From Eledone cirrhosa (taxonomy: Eukaryota): a stretch of DNA of 64,000 nucleotides. Location of the stretch: the NCBI GenBank assembly GCA_964016885.1, contig OZ024742.1:115134001-115198000 (forward strand). The letters are read 5' to 3'. Both the position numbers and the translations under genes were made by a program. This document shows positions 1 through 16,381 of the stretch, piece after piece; positions within the stretch are counted from its first letter, which is position 1; every line of letters starts with the position of its first letter. The notes under the pieces were generated by a model. The model was given only the letters and a program-made list of their open reading frames with translations. It made no database searches and was not told the DNA's origin.

Positions 1-389
1 ATAAAAGCGGCAGAAATAGAGTTATTCCGAAGGGACTTTGAGTAACGTTACTGGATGAAGTGCAGATATCAGAGACCAGAGAGTCACTCCTAGCAAAGCG
101 GCTACTTCTCCGAATTGACAGATCACAGCTGCAGTAATATGGGCATGTGTTAGAATGTCTCAGTAAAGAATCGCTGGACAGATTTTACAGGCAAAACCAA
201 CCGGCAACGGACCCAGAGGTAGACCCTGAGCAAGATAGTTAGATAACATCCATGACCTTGTTTGGTCACGCTTTAGGATCCAGCTGGACCAGTTAGAGAT
301 GTTTACTTCGGACAGACTCGCTGGAAGGAGTGTTTGTTGAGGACTCTGCCCCCACGACCTTCTCAGAAATAAGTGGGCGAAGAAGAAGA
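1..389 (+). mobile_element. 3' end of a decayed RTE-clade (Expander-like) LINE
   Basis: Manual translation across frameshifts gives IKAAEIELFRR...LLLRIDRSQLQ*YGHV...ILQAKPTGNGPRGRP*AR*LDNI, the typical RTE C-terminus (LRWFGH...RPRGRP), ending in a short (GAA)n tail. Confidence 0.7.
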
Positions 390-785
390 TATTGTCAATT
401 TACTTTTCAATATACATATAATATCGATATGCATATATATTTGCGTATAAAACCAATACGCACATTATATGTGCTAGGAGAAAACCGCACTCAGGGTGGT
501 TTTTCTGCTAGTATGTATAATATCTTTGTTAATTTACTAATGGGCATTTAATAATTCAACAGATACATACATAGGATGTTGTAAACTGATATTTATTGGA
601 GGATAACTTAACAGGTGGTTTGAAATAAATTAAATATTTATTGAAGGTTGATATTTCGCTTTCTTTCAGAAATAGCTCATTGAAGAATAGCTCATTATAA
701 AAAAATACCAATTCAGTAATCATAATAAAAAGTATCTTCAGTAATAATGATAAAAGTATAGATAAGTGGAAAGGGAGGAGGAGAC

Positions 786-875
786 GAAGAAGAAGAAGAA
801 GAAGAAGAAGAAGAAGAAGAAGAAGAAGAAGAAGAAGAAGAAGAAGAAGAAGAAGAAGAAGAAGAAGAAGAAGAA
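786..875. repeat. (GAA)n microsatellite
   Basis: Direct read of about 30 perfect GAA units. Confidence 0.98.
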
Positions 876-1177
876 GGATTTAAAATGTATAATATCAAAG
901 ACCATCCTATGAACAGTAGAACAAAAACATACAATAAAAAATTAAAATCTCAAATTGAATTTTCAAAGATTTTCACATTTATACTAATAAGAAAATATAT
1001 TTTTTTCTAACATAACATTCTTACAATTTTTATTTAACAAAGATGTTTTGATGTTTTACATCAATAATAATATTGTTCGTGAAAAATGTTTTAGAGAATA
1101 ATCTAGATGACATTATTTATACGTAAATCTGTAAATACACCTACACGCACACATAGAGAAAAAAGTTTGTTTATAAC

Positions 1178-1244
<67 letters not shown>

Positions 1245-1251
1245 TATATAC

Positions 1252-1282
<31 letters not shown>

Positions 1283-1389
1283 CCTGTGTGTGTCTGTGTA
1301 TGTATGTACATTTTATTTATATATATAATAATATACGATAAGTTTGAAAATAAACATGTGAAAGCCTTTAGCTCTGAATTTTAAACGAA

Positions 1390-2395
1390 ATAAAAAAATA
1401 CCAATTGATGATGCCAGCTAGGATTTTCCAGCTGAACCAAGAGGAAATTACCGGGAGGTGTTTCTAACTTTTAAAGGTAATTCACCCGTCTACCTCTCTT
1501 TCTGCTGGAACTCGATTCAGGCGAAATCGATTAGCTTTTATGCATATGTATATTGGCTGTTTAAACTCATTTGCAAACGGCTCTGTAAACGGGCTCTGCA
1601 TGTACAACTAAAATAAATAAGTTGTTCGCAACAGCATAGCTGTATACTTATGTGTATGTAAATATTGTATATCGAATAATACGGGACATATTCACGAAGA
1701 AACATTTCAAAGCATTCAACTATGTATTTTAAAACGTAGTGTCAAGGCGACACATCACGGATTCTAGCAGAAGCAATGAACAATTTCCGACAGTTGTTTC
1801 TGACTTATGTTAGTTACGAAGGTAATGCAGTCCTCTACCCCGTTTTCTGCTGGAACAACATGTAAGCACAATATATAGTTTTAAAGCCTATGTATACGGT
1901 CAGGTTAACTTCGTTTGCACACAGAAGTGTAACATGCTCGGTTCGTACAATACATTGTTTAAAGTGTTCACTACATCACAGCTGTATACATATAACTATG
2001 CCATTTTTGTGTATACTATATATTTAGGGATATACATTTGAAATTCGTTAGCTATCAATTTTAAAAGGGGTTTGCAGGCAGGTATCCAGCTTGTTTACCA
2101 ACAACAGTTGTTTCTGTGGAGCGTACAACATAATTCTATTCCTTGTACAGACTGAGACAGCCTATTGCTCCATATGCAAATAAAACTAATCAATTCATAT
2201 ACATAGGCGTTAAAACTATATGTTTGCACCTATTTCGAGTTCCAGCAAAACGCTTGGTAAGGAGGTATATTACCTTGATAAAGACCATAAGTCAGAAACA
2301 GTTATTGGGAATATGCCTTATAATCTGCTGTAGCTCGCTAGGTGCCGCCTAGCTACCATCTTTTAAAATTCATAGCTGAAGTATGTGTCTGAAAG
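1390..2395. repeat. Diverged ~350 bp repeat: two direct units, a partial unit and one inverted unit, each with a decayed HHR-like motif
   Basis: Shared blocks (gtttctgactt..aaggtaat..tgctggaac..tatgtata..tttgca) near 1450, near 1790 and reverse-complemented near 2170-2310. Confidence 0.65.
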
Positions 2396-2399
2396 GGGC

Positions 2400-3300
2400 T
2401 TTTGGAACTCTTCTCTCTAACACTATGCTTCTTAATTTTTTAAATGAGATATATAGAACATTCCAGACCATATAGGTAATTCCCTCTTTATTCTACAAAA
2501 TCGATTGAACGGATGAACTATGCCTTTTCACACCCCTTTTTACAGTATTTTATTAACGCCTTGAATATTAGTTTAATATACTTTTTTACCACACCTCTAA
2601 GTTATACTACCTTATACAATTCGATATTTTTCATCCATAACCTAACATCAAATTCAATGAGTGTGTGTCTAGAGCTCAAGACAATACCAATTTCCTGTCT
2701 CAAAATAGTGAATTCTAAAGGAGGATAGGGTAAATTAATTCACAATTATTGTCAATATCAAATTGTATTAATGTTACATTCTTCTTATTTTATTTAATAA
2801 ACCACTCTATAACTTCATTAAAATTCCTCCACCAGACCAGTACCGTTATGAGAGTAATGTTAGATATAATTCTATTGTGGATAAGTTTACGAATTTGTTC
2901 TTACATCTGAAATGAAAGAACGTAGTAATTGTTTCCTAATACAATTCGTCTTATAATCCTTGTAGTTAGGGATTTAGGATTTAGACACCTATGTTTCAGT
3001 GTACATTTGCAAATTGACTTGTTTAACAATATTTCCACCGTCTATTGATGTTTATTAAATTAATGTTATGATAATTTCGTATTGTTTAAGTCCAACAGAG
3101 ATGAAAGAAATGTATGAATCGTAGGCTATAATGTATTTTGATAGAGGTGTCTACAAGGATCTGTATGTTTTGTTCTCTGACGTAGTTAACAGTAGACATA
3201 TGTTGCTTCAAGAATGAGTTACTGAATATACAGATTTTTGCTTTTGATATTTGTTATTATGTTAAACAGATCGTATTTAAATTATCCAAAATTACATTAT
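2400..3300 (-). mobile_element. Highly decayed Penelope-like RT fragment (tentative)
   Basis: Minus-strand remnants EVIEW and NKKNVTLIQFDID resemble the PLE RT motif-A region; many stops. Confidence 0.3.
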
Positions 3301-4104
3301 GAAGTTGATGATCCGCAGAGACATCCGCAATGTTGGACTATATATACAATCAGTCCATTCCAGCTCTTCATTACGAAAAAGTCACCCAAGTATGACAACA
3401 GCCAATGCAGGCAGGCACACAACCACAGCTCTCACCGGTATGTGCCAATAGGGCTATAGCTAAATGGTATCCACAAATCAACAACAGTTTAGAATTCAAT
3501 AGTCAAAAATACGCTCACAGATCTGTTGATATAAGTCATATACGCATAATAGTCAACACAAATCGACATTATAGTTAGACACAAAACGTTTGACATATAC
3601 AGCACGATCACTGCCATGAAAACACGAAAATGAAGCCAGAACAGCAAAAAAAAAATATCCTAATAATTGTATCGTGAAACAAAATTTGCATGAAGAAATA
3701 GCATAATAATATAAACAAGATCACACACTATTTGGCAGGAACACGTGTACACGCTCTCTCAACATTCTACTCATTTCATTCTATATAAAACGTCATCTTC
3801 CTATTACTTCCGACAGCTATAAATAGACAACCACTTGCAACAAAGCAAATAAGTTTCCCTATAACAACAAAGCACAAGACTCGAACCAAATTCTGATGGA
3901 GATATTTTACTTCTGAAATATGAGGAAAGGTAAATAAAGTAACAAGTGACGCATTAAAATATTCGGTGCCTTCAAGTAATTCCAAAATCTATCATCCAGT
4001 ATCATTTGCCATATCCTACGAAAAACATAATACGCTACACCCTATACTCACACACACTCGCACACATGCACATGCACGTACACACACACACACACACATA
4101 CACA

Positions 4105-4183
<79 letters not shown>

Positions 4184-4321
4184 GTATATATATATATATA
4201 TATACAAGCAAAATAAAATTAAGGATGTTATGTCTGAGGATCAAGTGCCATAACCTCCGTAGGATATGCTCAAAGATTCCAGTGAATGGATCCGAACATT
4301 TATATCAGCTAGACATCTATT

Positions 4322-4363
<42 letters not shown>

Positions 4364-4967
4364 GGGGGGGGGCGTGTGTTTGTGTCTGTGTGTGTGTGTG
4401 TGTGCGTGTGTGATTTACCGATTGATGGTGAAATATATATCTTTAATTAATGAAATATATACAAAGGAGATTAATCATTTTAAAATGTATCTATATTTGA
4501 AGTTATCGTTAACCTTTAATTAGTTACCTACCTAGCTGTGTGTGCTTACACTCTTTACAAATTATCCTCTGTGATTCTTTCATATGTTTATTTTATATAT
4601 ATATATATATGTCAATCGATTTCTAGTTGATATATATTCATCGTTTTTTTTACAAAACAATATCCCAAAAATGGAAAGTGGTAGGTGGAGAAATTAAAAC
4701 GGCTAAAATACAGTAATTTATTATAATAAACAGTACAAAAAGCTGTTTCATACTTCTTTGAAAGATTTTTCAAAGAAGCATTTGTGTAACACAAATTAAT
4801 TACGCATGAACCAAATTATTTATTAAAGTAATTACCAAATACATTTGTATGTTATATATTGATATACGAACGTTTATTCCACTTATTGGGTATTATCAAA
4901 ATCAGTTATTTGTAAATAAATATCTCATTATAAGTCTCACATTATATATATATATATATATATATAT

Positions 4968-7900
4968 AAAGATGAAATCGAAAATGCAACTGGAGTCTTA
5001 TTTAAAAAAAAAAATATTTAGTTATTTGGTTCCTTTACCGGTTTCGCAGTTCTTCTGCGTTTCAAAAGTAGAGTTGAGATGGAGGGTCTGTGGTTTTTTT
5101 CACATCTGGTTGGACTTTGAATGTTACTTGTTTTATATGGAAAAATGTGGCTCGAAACGCCAGGTTTTTAGAGAAATATTTTGGTTGGTTGATCAATAAT
5201 TATAATGAATTTCGCGCCAGTTCTAGTTATAAATTCATTCAAACAGGTGGTCAGGTTGTTTTTTCAAATATGAGTGTTTCAATTTATCTTTACTTAAAAA
5301 AAGGGGGCTCACGAAGGCTTTTTTTTAATAAACGTAATTTGATTGGTTAAAAATGAAATTAAGCAGTAACGTGAACAAGTTTTCTTTAAATTTCGCGCCC
5401 GTATTTGAAATTTATTCTGTAGCCTTTTTAGAGAATTTTATGACAAGCAAAAGATAATGTTCAAGAGAAATGGGATGGGAGAATTGTTCTGGTTCAGTGA
5501 ATATGGTTAGTTCGCTGGGGTGTCAGAATTCAGATTTTCTATTGAAATAAAGAAAGTAAAGATATGTATGTTTATTTGTGTGCTTGTGTGTGTGTGTCTG
5601 TGTGTATAGGAAGATGATTCTATTAGTAGAAATGGAGGAGGGAGTTGTGTGTGTGTGTGTATGGGTGTTATGTGTGTGTGTGTGTGTGTGGGATTATGGT
5701 TAGCATGTTATGATGAAGAGAATATATATTGTGTGTGTATGTGTAGGAAAATGATTCCGTTAGTAGGAATATTTTTGAATGAACATATTTTCCTTACGTA
5801 TTCGTATTTGTTCTGTTGTATTGTCAGCGCGGACCTATGTTACGATTTATTTAGTTCGGGTTTTAGTTTTCTAAAGTAGCAGGTGTTATGTGTGTGTGTA
5901 TGTGTCTGTTTGGATGGTTAGCATGTTATGGTGTTGACATAATGTGTTTACATAATGTATATTAAACCATATTTAATGCTGGTCTATATTTTTGAATAAA
6001 CATATTTTCCTTATTTATTCGTATTTGTTCTGTTGTATTGTTAGCTCAAAGGTAAAAGGGGAAGACTTGGAATTTGGGTGTCTTATTACTTGCGCATATT
6101 CTAGCTGTGCGCTTAGTGGTATCTCTCTCGTGGTTGGATCTCGTAATTGTTGGCGATGAACTGTCATTCTGTTTCTGAGTGTGAGTTTAGTTTGTCCTAC
6201 ATAATTTTCATTGCATCCTTTAAATTTAATGGCATAAAGTAGATTTTTTGATGAGCAAGTGAAGTGATTTTTTACACCAAAATGTTTTCCTGATTTAAAT
6301 GTATACGTGTTGCCTTCAATGAGGTGAGTGCAGGTTCCACAATTAGAGCGACCACATTTTTTGACAGTTTGTTGTGGGTTTTGTGGTAGGTAATTTGGCA
6401 TTGGTGAGTAATGTTTTCAGTGATTTCGGTTGACTTATGCTTTTGATTATTTTGTGGTTCAAGGGCTTTTTTCATTCTTGGGTCTTGTTTTAGTATGGTG
6501 ATGTTCTTGTGAATAGTTTTGTAAGCTTCCGCATTTCTCGGGTTGTTTCTTGTGTTATATGCTAGAATGTTCGACGTACCTTGAATTTATTTCTGCTTAT
6601 GTAATTCATCAATGTCTATTGCTTTAGCCCTTTCTATTCCATCATTTAATTGGAATGGTGGCTACTCTCTTTCGAGTAGAATTTCCTTTAATTCTTGAAG
6701 TCTTTTATTTCGCGTTTCATAATTGAGACAATTGTGCAAATTCTTCTTGCTAAGTTAAAAGGGTTGTTCGTCTTCTTGTGCTTTGGATGCTTGGTGGTGA
6801 AAAGCAGGTATTGTTTGGAATTTGTTGGTTTGTAGTGTATGTCAGTTTCAATATTTGTGTCTTTTTTTAAGATTAAGATGTCCAGAAATGGGAGTTGATG
6901 TTGGCTGTAATCCATTGTGAATTGGATGTGGTTATTGATGCCGTTTATTAAGTTTTTGAAATCCTTCAGTTGGTCGAGTTTGTGGGACCAAAGACTGAGA
7001 CAATCATCCAAGTAGCGTTTCCAATTCTCTGATAAATATTTGGGGAAGTTCAATCCGTATTTTGATTTGGACTGTTCATATATCTGGACTTCTAAGTATG
7101 CCATGGCTAAGTTAGCATAAGTTGGACCGGCTTTTGCACCCATCGCAGTCCCCAATATTTGCTTGTAATTACTGCCATCGAAATAAAAAAAGTTGTCTGT
7201 AAGATATATTTTAATCCCTCGGTGATGAAGCTTTTTTCTATTCTGCCAGGTATCTCACTGCGATATTTCTCTAGCCAGAATGCTGTTGCTTCTAGTCCGT
7301 ATTGGTGTGCGATCGTTGTGTAGAGATTCACTGCATCGAAAGACACAATGATAGTGTCGTTGTTAACATGTCTGGGGAGGTGGTTTAAGAGTTCCAGATC
7401 GTATCTTACAAGGCTTGGTATGTGTTTGAGAATTGGTTTTAGTAGTATGTCTTTAAAGTTGCTCAGTCTGTGTGTTTCACATTGTGGGCCCGCTACAATT
7501 GGTCTTAATTTATGGTCTGTGGGGGTATTGTGTGTTCACGCAGGCTGAGGTGGATTGTTTACAGGCATCGTTAATTATTTTACACTTGTAGATCTTCGGA
7601 AGTCCGTAAATGTTGCTGGTTTTGTATTCAAAATGTGTTAAGTAATCGCGTTCCCTTATAGTTAAGTCTTCCTGGTATCGACAAATCAATGTGTTTAATC
7701 TGGTCATTGTTTTTGATTGCTGGAAGATTTTTGCTCTTTCATAGTAATTAGTATTTTCTAAGAGAGACAACATAGAATCTTTATATTTGTCAGCATCCAG
7801 TACTTCCCTTGTCCGCTTCCTTAATTATAATGTCCATATTGTTTTTTAGTTCATGGATAATCTCCCATTCCCTTCGACTCGTGTTGGCTTTGGGTTAAGG

Positions 7901-9445
7901 TTGCGGTAGTTCATGGTATGGGAAAGTAGCTATGTGGTCACAAAATTTGTCCGGAACTCTGTTTCTACCTTTTGTTGGGTTGTAGCTGCTTTTATTCCGT
8001 ACAATTGATTGGTCGTTATTCTCCTTGTCAAAAAATTCCTCTGTGAGACGTAATTTTCTACAGAAATGTGAGATATAATCATTTATCTCATTCAGGTTAG
8101 AGTATTGTGGTGTTGATGTGAATTTCAGTCATTTGGAGAGCATTTTTACTTGTTGGGCTGAGAGGTTTGTATTTGAAAGGTTGATTATTTTCGTTTTTTT
8201 TCAAAATCGGTTTGTGCCACCGGGTATCGTGGGTCATGTAGCCTTGGTCTCAAAAATGATTTTTCTGGAATCTTTTTTCAATGGTAATATTATCATTAGT
8301 TCCTTTGTGTGGGCTGGAATCTACGGTTTTGGAACAGGCTCTGTGTGGACAGGGGTCTACGGTTTGGGAATAGGTTTTGTGTGGGTTGTGATCTGCGGAT
8401 CGGGTCCTGTCTTCTGTTGGGGGATCTTAGGTTTTTGTTAGTAGGGTTATAGTTTTATCTATGGGTTCTGGGATTATCGTTATAGTTTTGCTGGGGCTAT
8501 GTTGGACGTTTTGTTACTTTTTTTGTTATTTGTAGTGCATGTGGTGTGTGAGTTTTAGTTTGTTTCAAAAATGGGTTACATGTATGTTGTTCATTTTTGA
8601 AGTCCATTTTGTAGTTGTTGGACAAGGTGGCGTTTTCTTCCCATCGCTGGAGGGATGTTAGTCCTTCATCCTCACAGTTTTCTTTCCAAAGTTTTAAGGT
8701 TGTTTCGTAGAGTAGGCCTTCAGAGTGCTTTGAGATTTCTGTGTCCATCTTTTGGCCGAGTGACTTGATTTTTTCTTCGATGGAGTTGGCTCTTAATCAC
8801 AACAGTTCTATTTCTATTTTAAATTTTTCTAACGTCATGTTTTACCTAAGACTTTGTTGATTTTCTGGTTCATTCGGGGTGGGTTTTAATTGGAGTTTTT
8901 TTGGGAGGATGATTGGGGTAGAGTTTAGCCACTTTTCATAAATGTCTGCCTTACCATTATTTTTAGGAGATTCCAAAAGAAGAATATGCGGGCTGTGAGC
9001 TTTTGAGTCCATATATTGATTAGGGTGTTTCTCACTGAGTGGACATCTCGTACACTGGCTTCTAATGGTTGTTTCAGCTTTTGGAGCATTGCTGTTTCAA
9101 TGGTTTCGATTAGTTTAGTTAATGCTGGAGTAATATTTGTCTCTTGGGTATTTTCTGTTTCTTCGCGGGGTCCTTTTTTTAAAGATGTGTATTTGGTCCA
9201 CTTTGTTAGTCAAAATTGAGAGTTCAGAGGAAATCTCTTTGAGTTCATTTAAGATGTCCTGGTTCAGTGAGTTGTTGTTTTGCTGAGACATTGGTGGCAT
9301 TTTAGGTCTTCGTGTGATGGCTATGTTTTAGTAAGTGAGGTTTTTTTACAAAATGAAAAATATCCTAGGTGTCCTGCACGAGTGAAAGTATAAAGAAAAA
9401 AAATAAAATCGAAAATGCAACTGGAGTCTAATTTAAAAAAATATA
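4968..9445 (-). mobile_element. Penelope-like element (RT + GIY-YIG), near full length, with a partial terminal direct repeat (pLTR-like, 9330-9445)
   Basis: ORF pieces: YGLPKIYK, RPIVAG, SFDAVNLYT, GTAMG..GPTYANL, RYLDD, LPFLD, DIHYKPT, CGRSNCGTC, LLYAI..YVGQT..LRNRMTVHR. The aaatcgaaaatgcaactggagtct block occurs at both ~4975 and ~9406. Confidence 0.92.
5962..9300 (-). pseudogene. Frameshifted PLE ORF (N-terminal extension, RT, Zn finger, GIY-YIG endonuclease)
   Basis: Collinear ORF fragments 9115-9300, 8497-8748, 7510-7773, 7107-7346, 6688-7155 and 6015-6401. Confidence 0.88.
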
Positions 9446-9452
9446 TATATAT

Positions 9453-11965
<2,513 letters not shown>

Positions 11966-11981
11966 ATAAACAATACAATAT

Positions 11982-12059
11982 AATTACCTCATTACCAGAG
12001 GTTTCCCGAATAGGACGAATACTAGAAACGTTCTCATTCGTTCGTCAGACAAGGCAATT
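11982..12059 (-). ncRNA. Type I hammerhead ribozyme motif
   Basis: Minus strand: aattgccttgt CTGACGA acgaat...attcgg GAAA cctctgg TA atgaggtaatt. 11-bp helix I (with G-U pairs), helix II, short helix III, GUA triplet. Confidence 0.8.
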
Positions 12060-12667
12060 TAAAACATGGTCAAATATTTGAAAAATCTCCTCAAGAAAGG
12101 CAAAAGTTTAACGGGCAAAAAGAAATATGTATAAAAGTGATGCAACAGATATATAAAAATAAAATAAGGAAATATAGTAAGGTTATGTGTATAAATGTGT
12201 GTATATACACCTACAAATGTACATATGTGTGTATGTACAAATGCAAGTGTATAGTGAAAAAATGTGTGCGTAAGTACATGCATGAGGGCAAGCATATCAG
12301 TATATGTGTGACCACAGATACGTATATAATATATGTTGAAAAAATAAATTGTAAGATAATTGAGTTAGCGTACATACAGACTCAGGGAATAAGGATTGAA
12401 ATATATACACATACAAGTATGAAAGCACGCGTATAAACACACACACACACTCGCAACCACATACATGCACGTGATATATACAGGGAAGGGAGAGTAACAG
12501 TCAAAGCAGTGTCAGGTTGAAGGTGGCAATAAATATAAAAATATTAAATATGAAATTTAAAAAATGAAAAAATATATGAGAATAAAAGATTTAAATGAAA
12601 GAGAAAGTAAGAGTGAGGGGTTATCAATTATAAAGTAACACTAGAAAAATAGAAAACATACAGAGGT

Positions 12668-12770
<103 letters not shown>

Positions 12771-13611
12771 CGCACAGACACAAGCACATACATGCGTACA
12801 TACATAAACAAGCGCTATATATACACACGAAGCACATATCTTGCCTAATATTGGGTAGATAACAATCTAATGAAACATTTAATGTAGTATGAGAGAGTAG
12901 ACTGTATTTAAATTAAATATAAATATATAACATTTTGTATAAGCATTCAATTGTGGCACTATATAATGTCTATTAGAGCATAACACTTTAATATTATAAT
13001 TAGCTAGTTACCTCCCCTTTACGCATGAGCTCCTCTTAATTCCATATCCACTTCCAGATATTAAACCGTTGAAAAATCTCGCAGTAGAACAAATCTAATC
13101 CATGAATATGAATACAATATCACCAAGTTGCAAGCCATTACTATAACAAACATTCAATACAAATGTAACTTAACATATGTAATGGATGTGAAATCTGTAA
13201 CTCTCATAGTCTACACACATACAGATTTGAACTATACAGAGAAAATCCTAACATTACATCCTCCATAATACACTAACATATTAGCTTAAAGTGCCTGTAT
13301 TTTATACGTTGCCATACAGTCATCATATATGCATAATACATTTCCTTGTTTCATTCCTATATATATGACTAACACATGTACTATCTCTTTAATTATTAGA
13401 CTATTCTCTTATATCATATGTCGCATGTATTCCACTCTGTGCTTCTAATTTTAATTTTAAACTTAATTTGAATTATTGTATAATTCTCGTATATTATATG
13501 TCGCATCCATACCACCCTGTAAACATGGAACTGTTGTTCACAACATCAAAATATATGTATCTATATGATTCTTCATTTAAATAGGAGGTTAATTATATGT
13601 ACAAACATTCA

Positions 13612-13663
13612 TAATACTCCGAGGACTCAAGTTAGGTTTGCAAGAAACAATTGTCAGCGATTA
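13612..13663 (+). ncRNA. Degenerate minimal HHR motif (CCGAGGA core)
   Basis: taatact CCGAGGA ... GAAA caattg TC agcgatta; palindromic helix III, weak helices I and II. Confidence 0.45.
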
Positions 13664-13879
13664 AATGATTTGAACATAACTTTGATACTTGTGTAATTTA
13701 TAATTTATATTCCTGCACTGTAAAACACCTGATGTTCTTACATTGAGCTATTTCTCTTACTGGTAATAAGGTAGTAATTAATTACTGACCTTTCCTGTTT
13801 AGAGTTATTTATAGTATAGTATATACATAACTATAAATAGTATCTTTACTATTTTATGTATATATATATATGTGTGTGT

Positions 13880-13950
<71 letters not shown>

Positions 13951-14316
13951 CGTGTGTGTGTATGTGTGTGTATATATGTATATATATATATATATACACA
14001 GTTCAAGAGTAACCAATTTTAAAGAGAGAGATGGAGATAGGAGAGGATATAGAAGAGGAAAAGAGAGATTGGTGAATTAGTTAGAAGCCAAAGCGTAAAG
14101 GCATGTGCTCAATGTGCAGTATGCAGAGAAGGCAGCCAGGTGGCTGGGTTCATGCAGAGGTTAGGTGAACAAACAAAGCTGGAAATATTCTTTAGTTAAG
14201 CAAAACAAGACCACACATTTCACAAGGAAGACATAATTAAAAGATTGTCAGCCTATTTTAGTTTGATGTAAGTAATGTAGAGAATAATAATAATAATATT
14301 AATAATAATAATGTTC

Positions 14317-14436
14317 GTTTACAATTGTTTCGCTACTCCATATAATGTTTCTGGATCAAATGATTATAGATCATTATTGATCTGGTTCAATTGAAAATAA
14401 TTAACTTAGGTAAACATTAGAGCAGCTCATCGGAAC
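14317..14436 (-). ncRNA. Type I HHR motif with CCGATGA (U4C) core and long helix II
   Basis: Minus strand: gtt CCGATGA gctgctct aatgttt...aaacatt atat ggagtagc GAAA caattg TA aac. Confidence 0.65.
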
Positions 14437-15540
14437 TTCAAAAGGAATATAAATTAAAATAAAGAAATAATGTTACATGAATGTAATGTTGCATATATTG
14501 GTATTTCATTATGGTGACCTGCGTATATCTATAGTCGTATATCTGTCGAGGCTGCATTGTGTGAGATCTGCCTATGGGTAACAAGATGGCCGCCAATGGA
14601 CATATTTACCTTACTAATTAGATGGTGGTTTCAGGGGAAGTAACTCGTCGAGAAATTAGAAGTTGTAGGTAGTTTACAGTTAAGAAGTGCTATTTTTTTA
14701 TTTTTTTATTGAGATATATTTTAAGATATATTTTAATTGAGATATATGTTAAGATATATTTTGTGCTTAATCTGTGGGATGATTTTATCTAATATTTTCT
14801 TGCTGATAATACCAATGTATGATTTGGCGGGCCTATATCTACTTAATATATATATATATATATAGAGAGAGGGGGAGGAGGTGCATGGGAAAACATATAA
14901 AAATATCTATGTTTGTATACATTAAACATATGGGTAGTCTCAAAGAAACATATTTCATCGTAATGAAACGAAAGGAAACGAATGGATTTTTCTCTCTAAT
15001 TTCCTCTATGAATTTATCATTAAGTTGAGAATCCCAAACAGCGCTCTTTCAGGTTTTGTTAATCTTTAAAAAATGATGCTGGCTCCAAACGTACTGTCAT
15101 GAAATACATTATAGTCCATATAGAAGTTTGTGTCAATATCATTTGCTGGAGATGATCATTTGCATAAAGGGAAAAAATAGGATCGGCTGGAAATGGTCAT
15201 TTGTATGCAGTGGGTGATTGGCTGGTTACATTTAATTGGCGTTTAAACATAATAAAAGTCTATATACAATAAATATATAATTAGACTCGCTGCCGAATAA
15301 ACATAATGTTTCATAACGAAACGAAAGTATCATAGTTTTCTCTATTTACAATTATGAAAATATCATAGAATATATTGAACGTTTTTAGAATTTCAGACGA
15401 ATCTTTTCAAAATTGTTTATTCTTTCAAAAGTCATACTAACTAAGAAGCATCCTCAGAAAGTAGTGTTCCCTTCCTGAGGATGTTCATTTGCATATAGCA
15501 AATAGGACGGGACATCGCATAGCAAGTACACATTACGCAA

Positions 15541-15656
<116 letters not shown>

Positions 15657-15853
15657 TTCCATGACATCTTGTTTAAGTAAAGATTAACAAAATTTAGAAC
15701 ACCAATCATTCTCAAATTCTCAAAACATTGCGACCACCCTATTCTATATTTATAAAGGAAAATAGAGAGAAAGAACTTTTTTCCCCGTTTCGTTTCGATA
15801 ATTTAGACTACGAAAAATATTTCTCTTCGTCAGCGTAGATACCCATATGTTTA

Positions 15854-16381
15854 TCTATATGCATACATGGCAAATTCTGTCTGTTTCTGTCTGTTTCTGT
15901 GTGTGTATTTTGTGAATTTGTTTGTGAGTCTAAAACTCAAAGAACTACATAAACCGATCTTGAAGAAAATTGATACGTGTGTGCGGTGTATGCCCATTTG
16001 ATTTGTTAAGTATATTTCATTTTAATGAAAGGGTTCCCCGGGGGCTCAATCCCCCGCTGAAAATGTTTTCCCTTCGATTTATATATACAATTTAAGCCAT
16101 AGGTAAATGACAAGATATGATGCCTCTTCACAAACGTTTTGAATTGATATTTTGAAAAAAAATATTTACAAGGAACAAAATAATAATCATTTTTAAAATG
16201 TAATTTTGATTTGATATATTACAAAAAATTATGATTTCCAATGTTTCATTCATCACATTTTACATTGAGTAATATTGAAATGCAGAGTGTTTCTCGATAA
16301 TTATATCACTGATTTAAAATCAATCATCATTCTCTTACAAAAAATGTGTGAAACGCAGCGAGGCGCGGGTAATTCGACTAG
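15854..16381 (+). mobile_element. Non-autonomous Helitron-like element
   Basis: Starts TC after A, has an internal ctgtctgtttctgt repeat, ends with a GC-rich hairpin-like cgcagcgaggcgcggg then CTAG before T; no target-site duplication. Confidence 0.6.

Noticed and set aside
645-700. Possible HHR on the minus strand (caatga gct..agc GAAA)
   Set aside because: Core incomplete; no UH site or helix I.
1107-1384. ORFs rich in IY, CV, HT, poly-S or poly-L, here and throughout the window
   Set aside because: Translations of (TA)n, (CA)n, (GAA)n and (TTA)n microsatellites.
3364-3438. Possible small exon (cag|...|gtatgt)
   Set aside because: Weak pyrimidine tract and no recognisable peptide.
4224-4317. 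HHR-like CTGAGGATC..GATCC GAAC..TC
   Set aside because: Both core boxes are defective; possibly a fossil, but not supportable.
15448-15515. Inverted CTGAGGATG pair suggesting two HHRs
   Set aside because: No correctly placed GAAA and UH on either strand.
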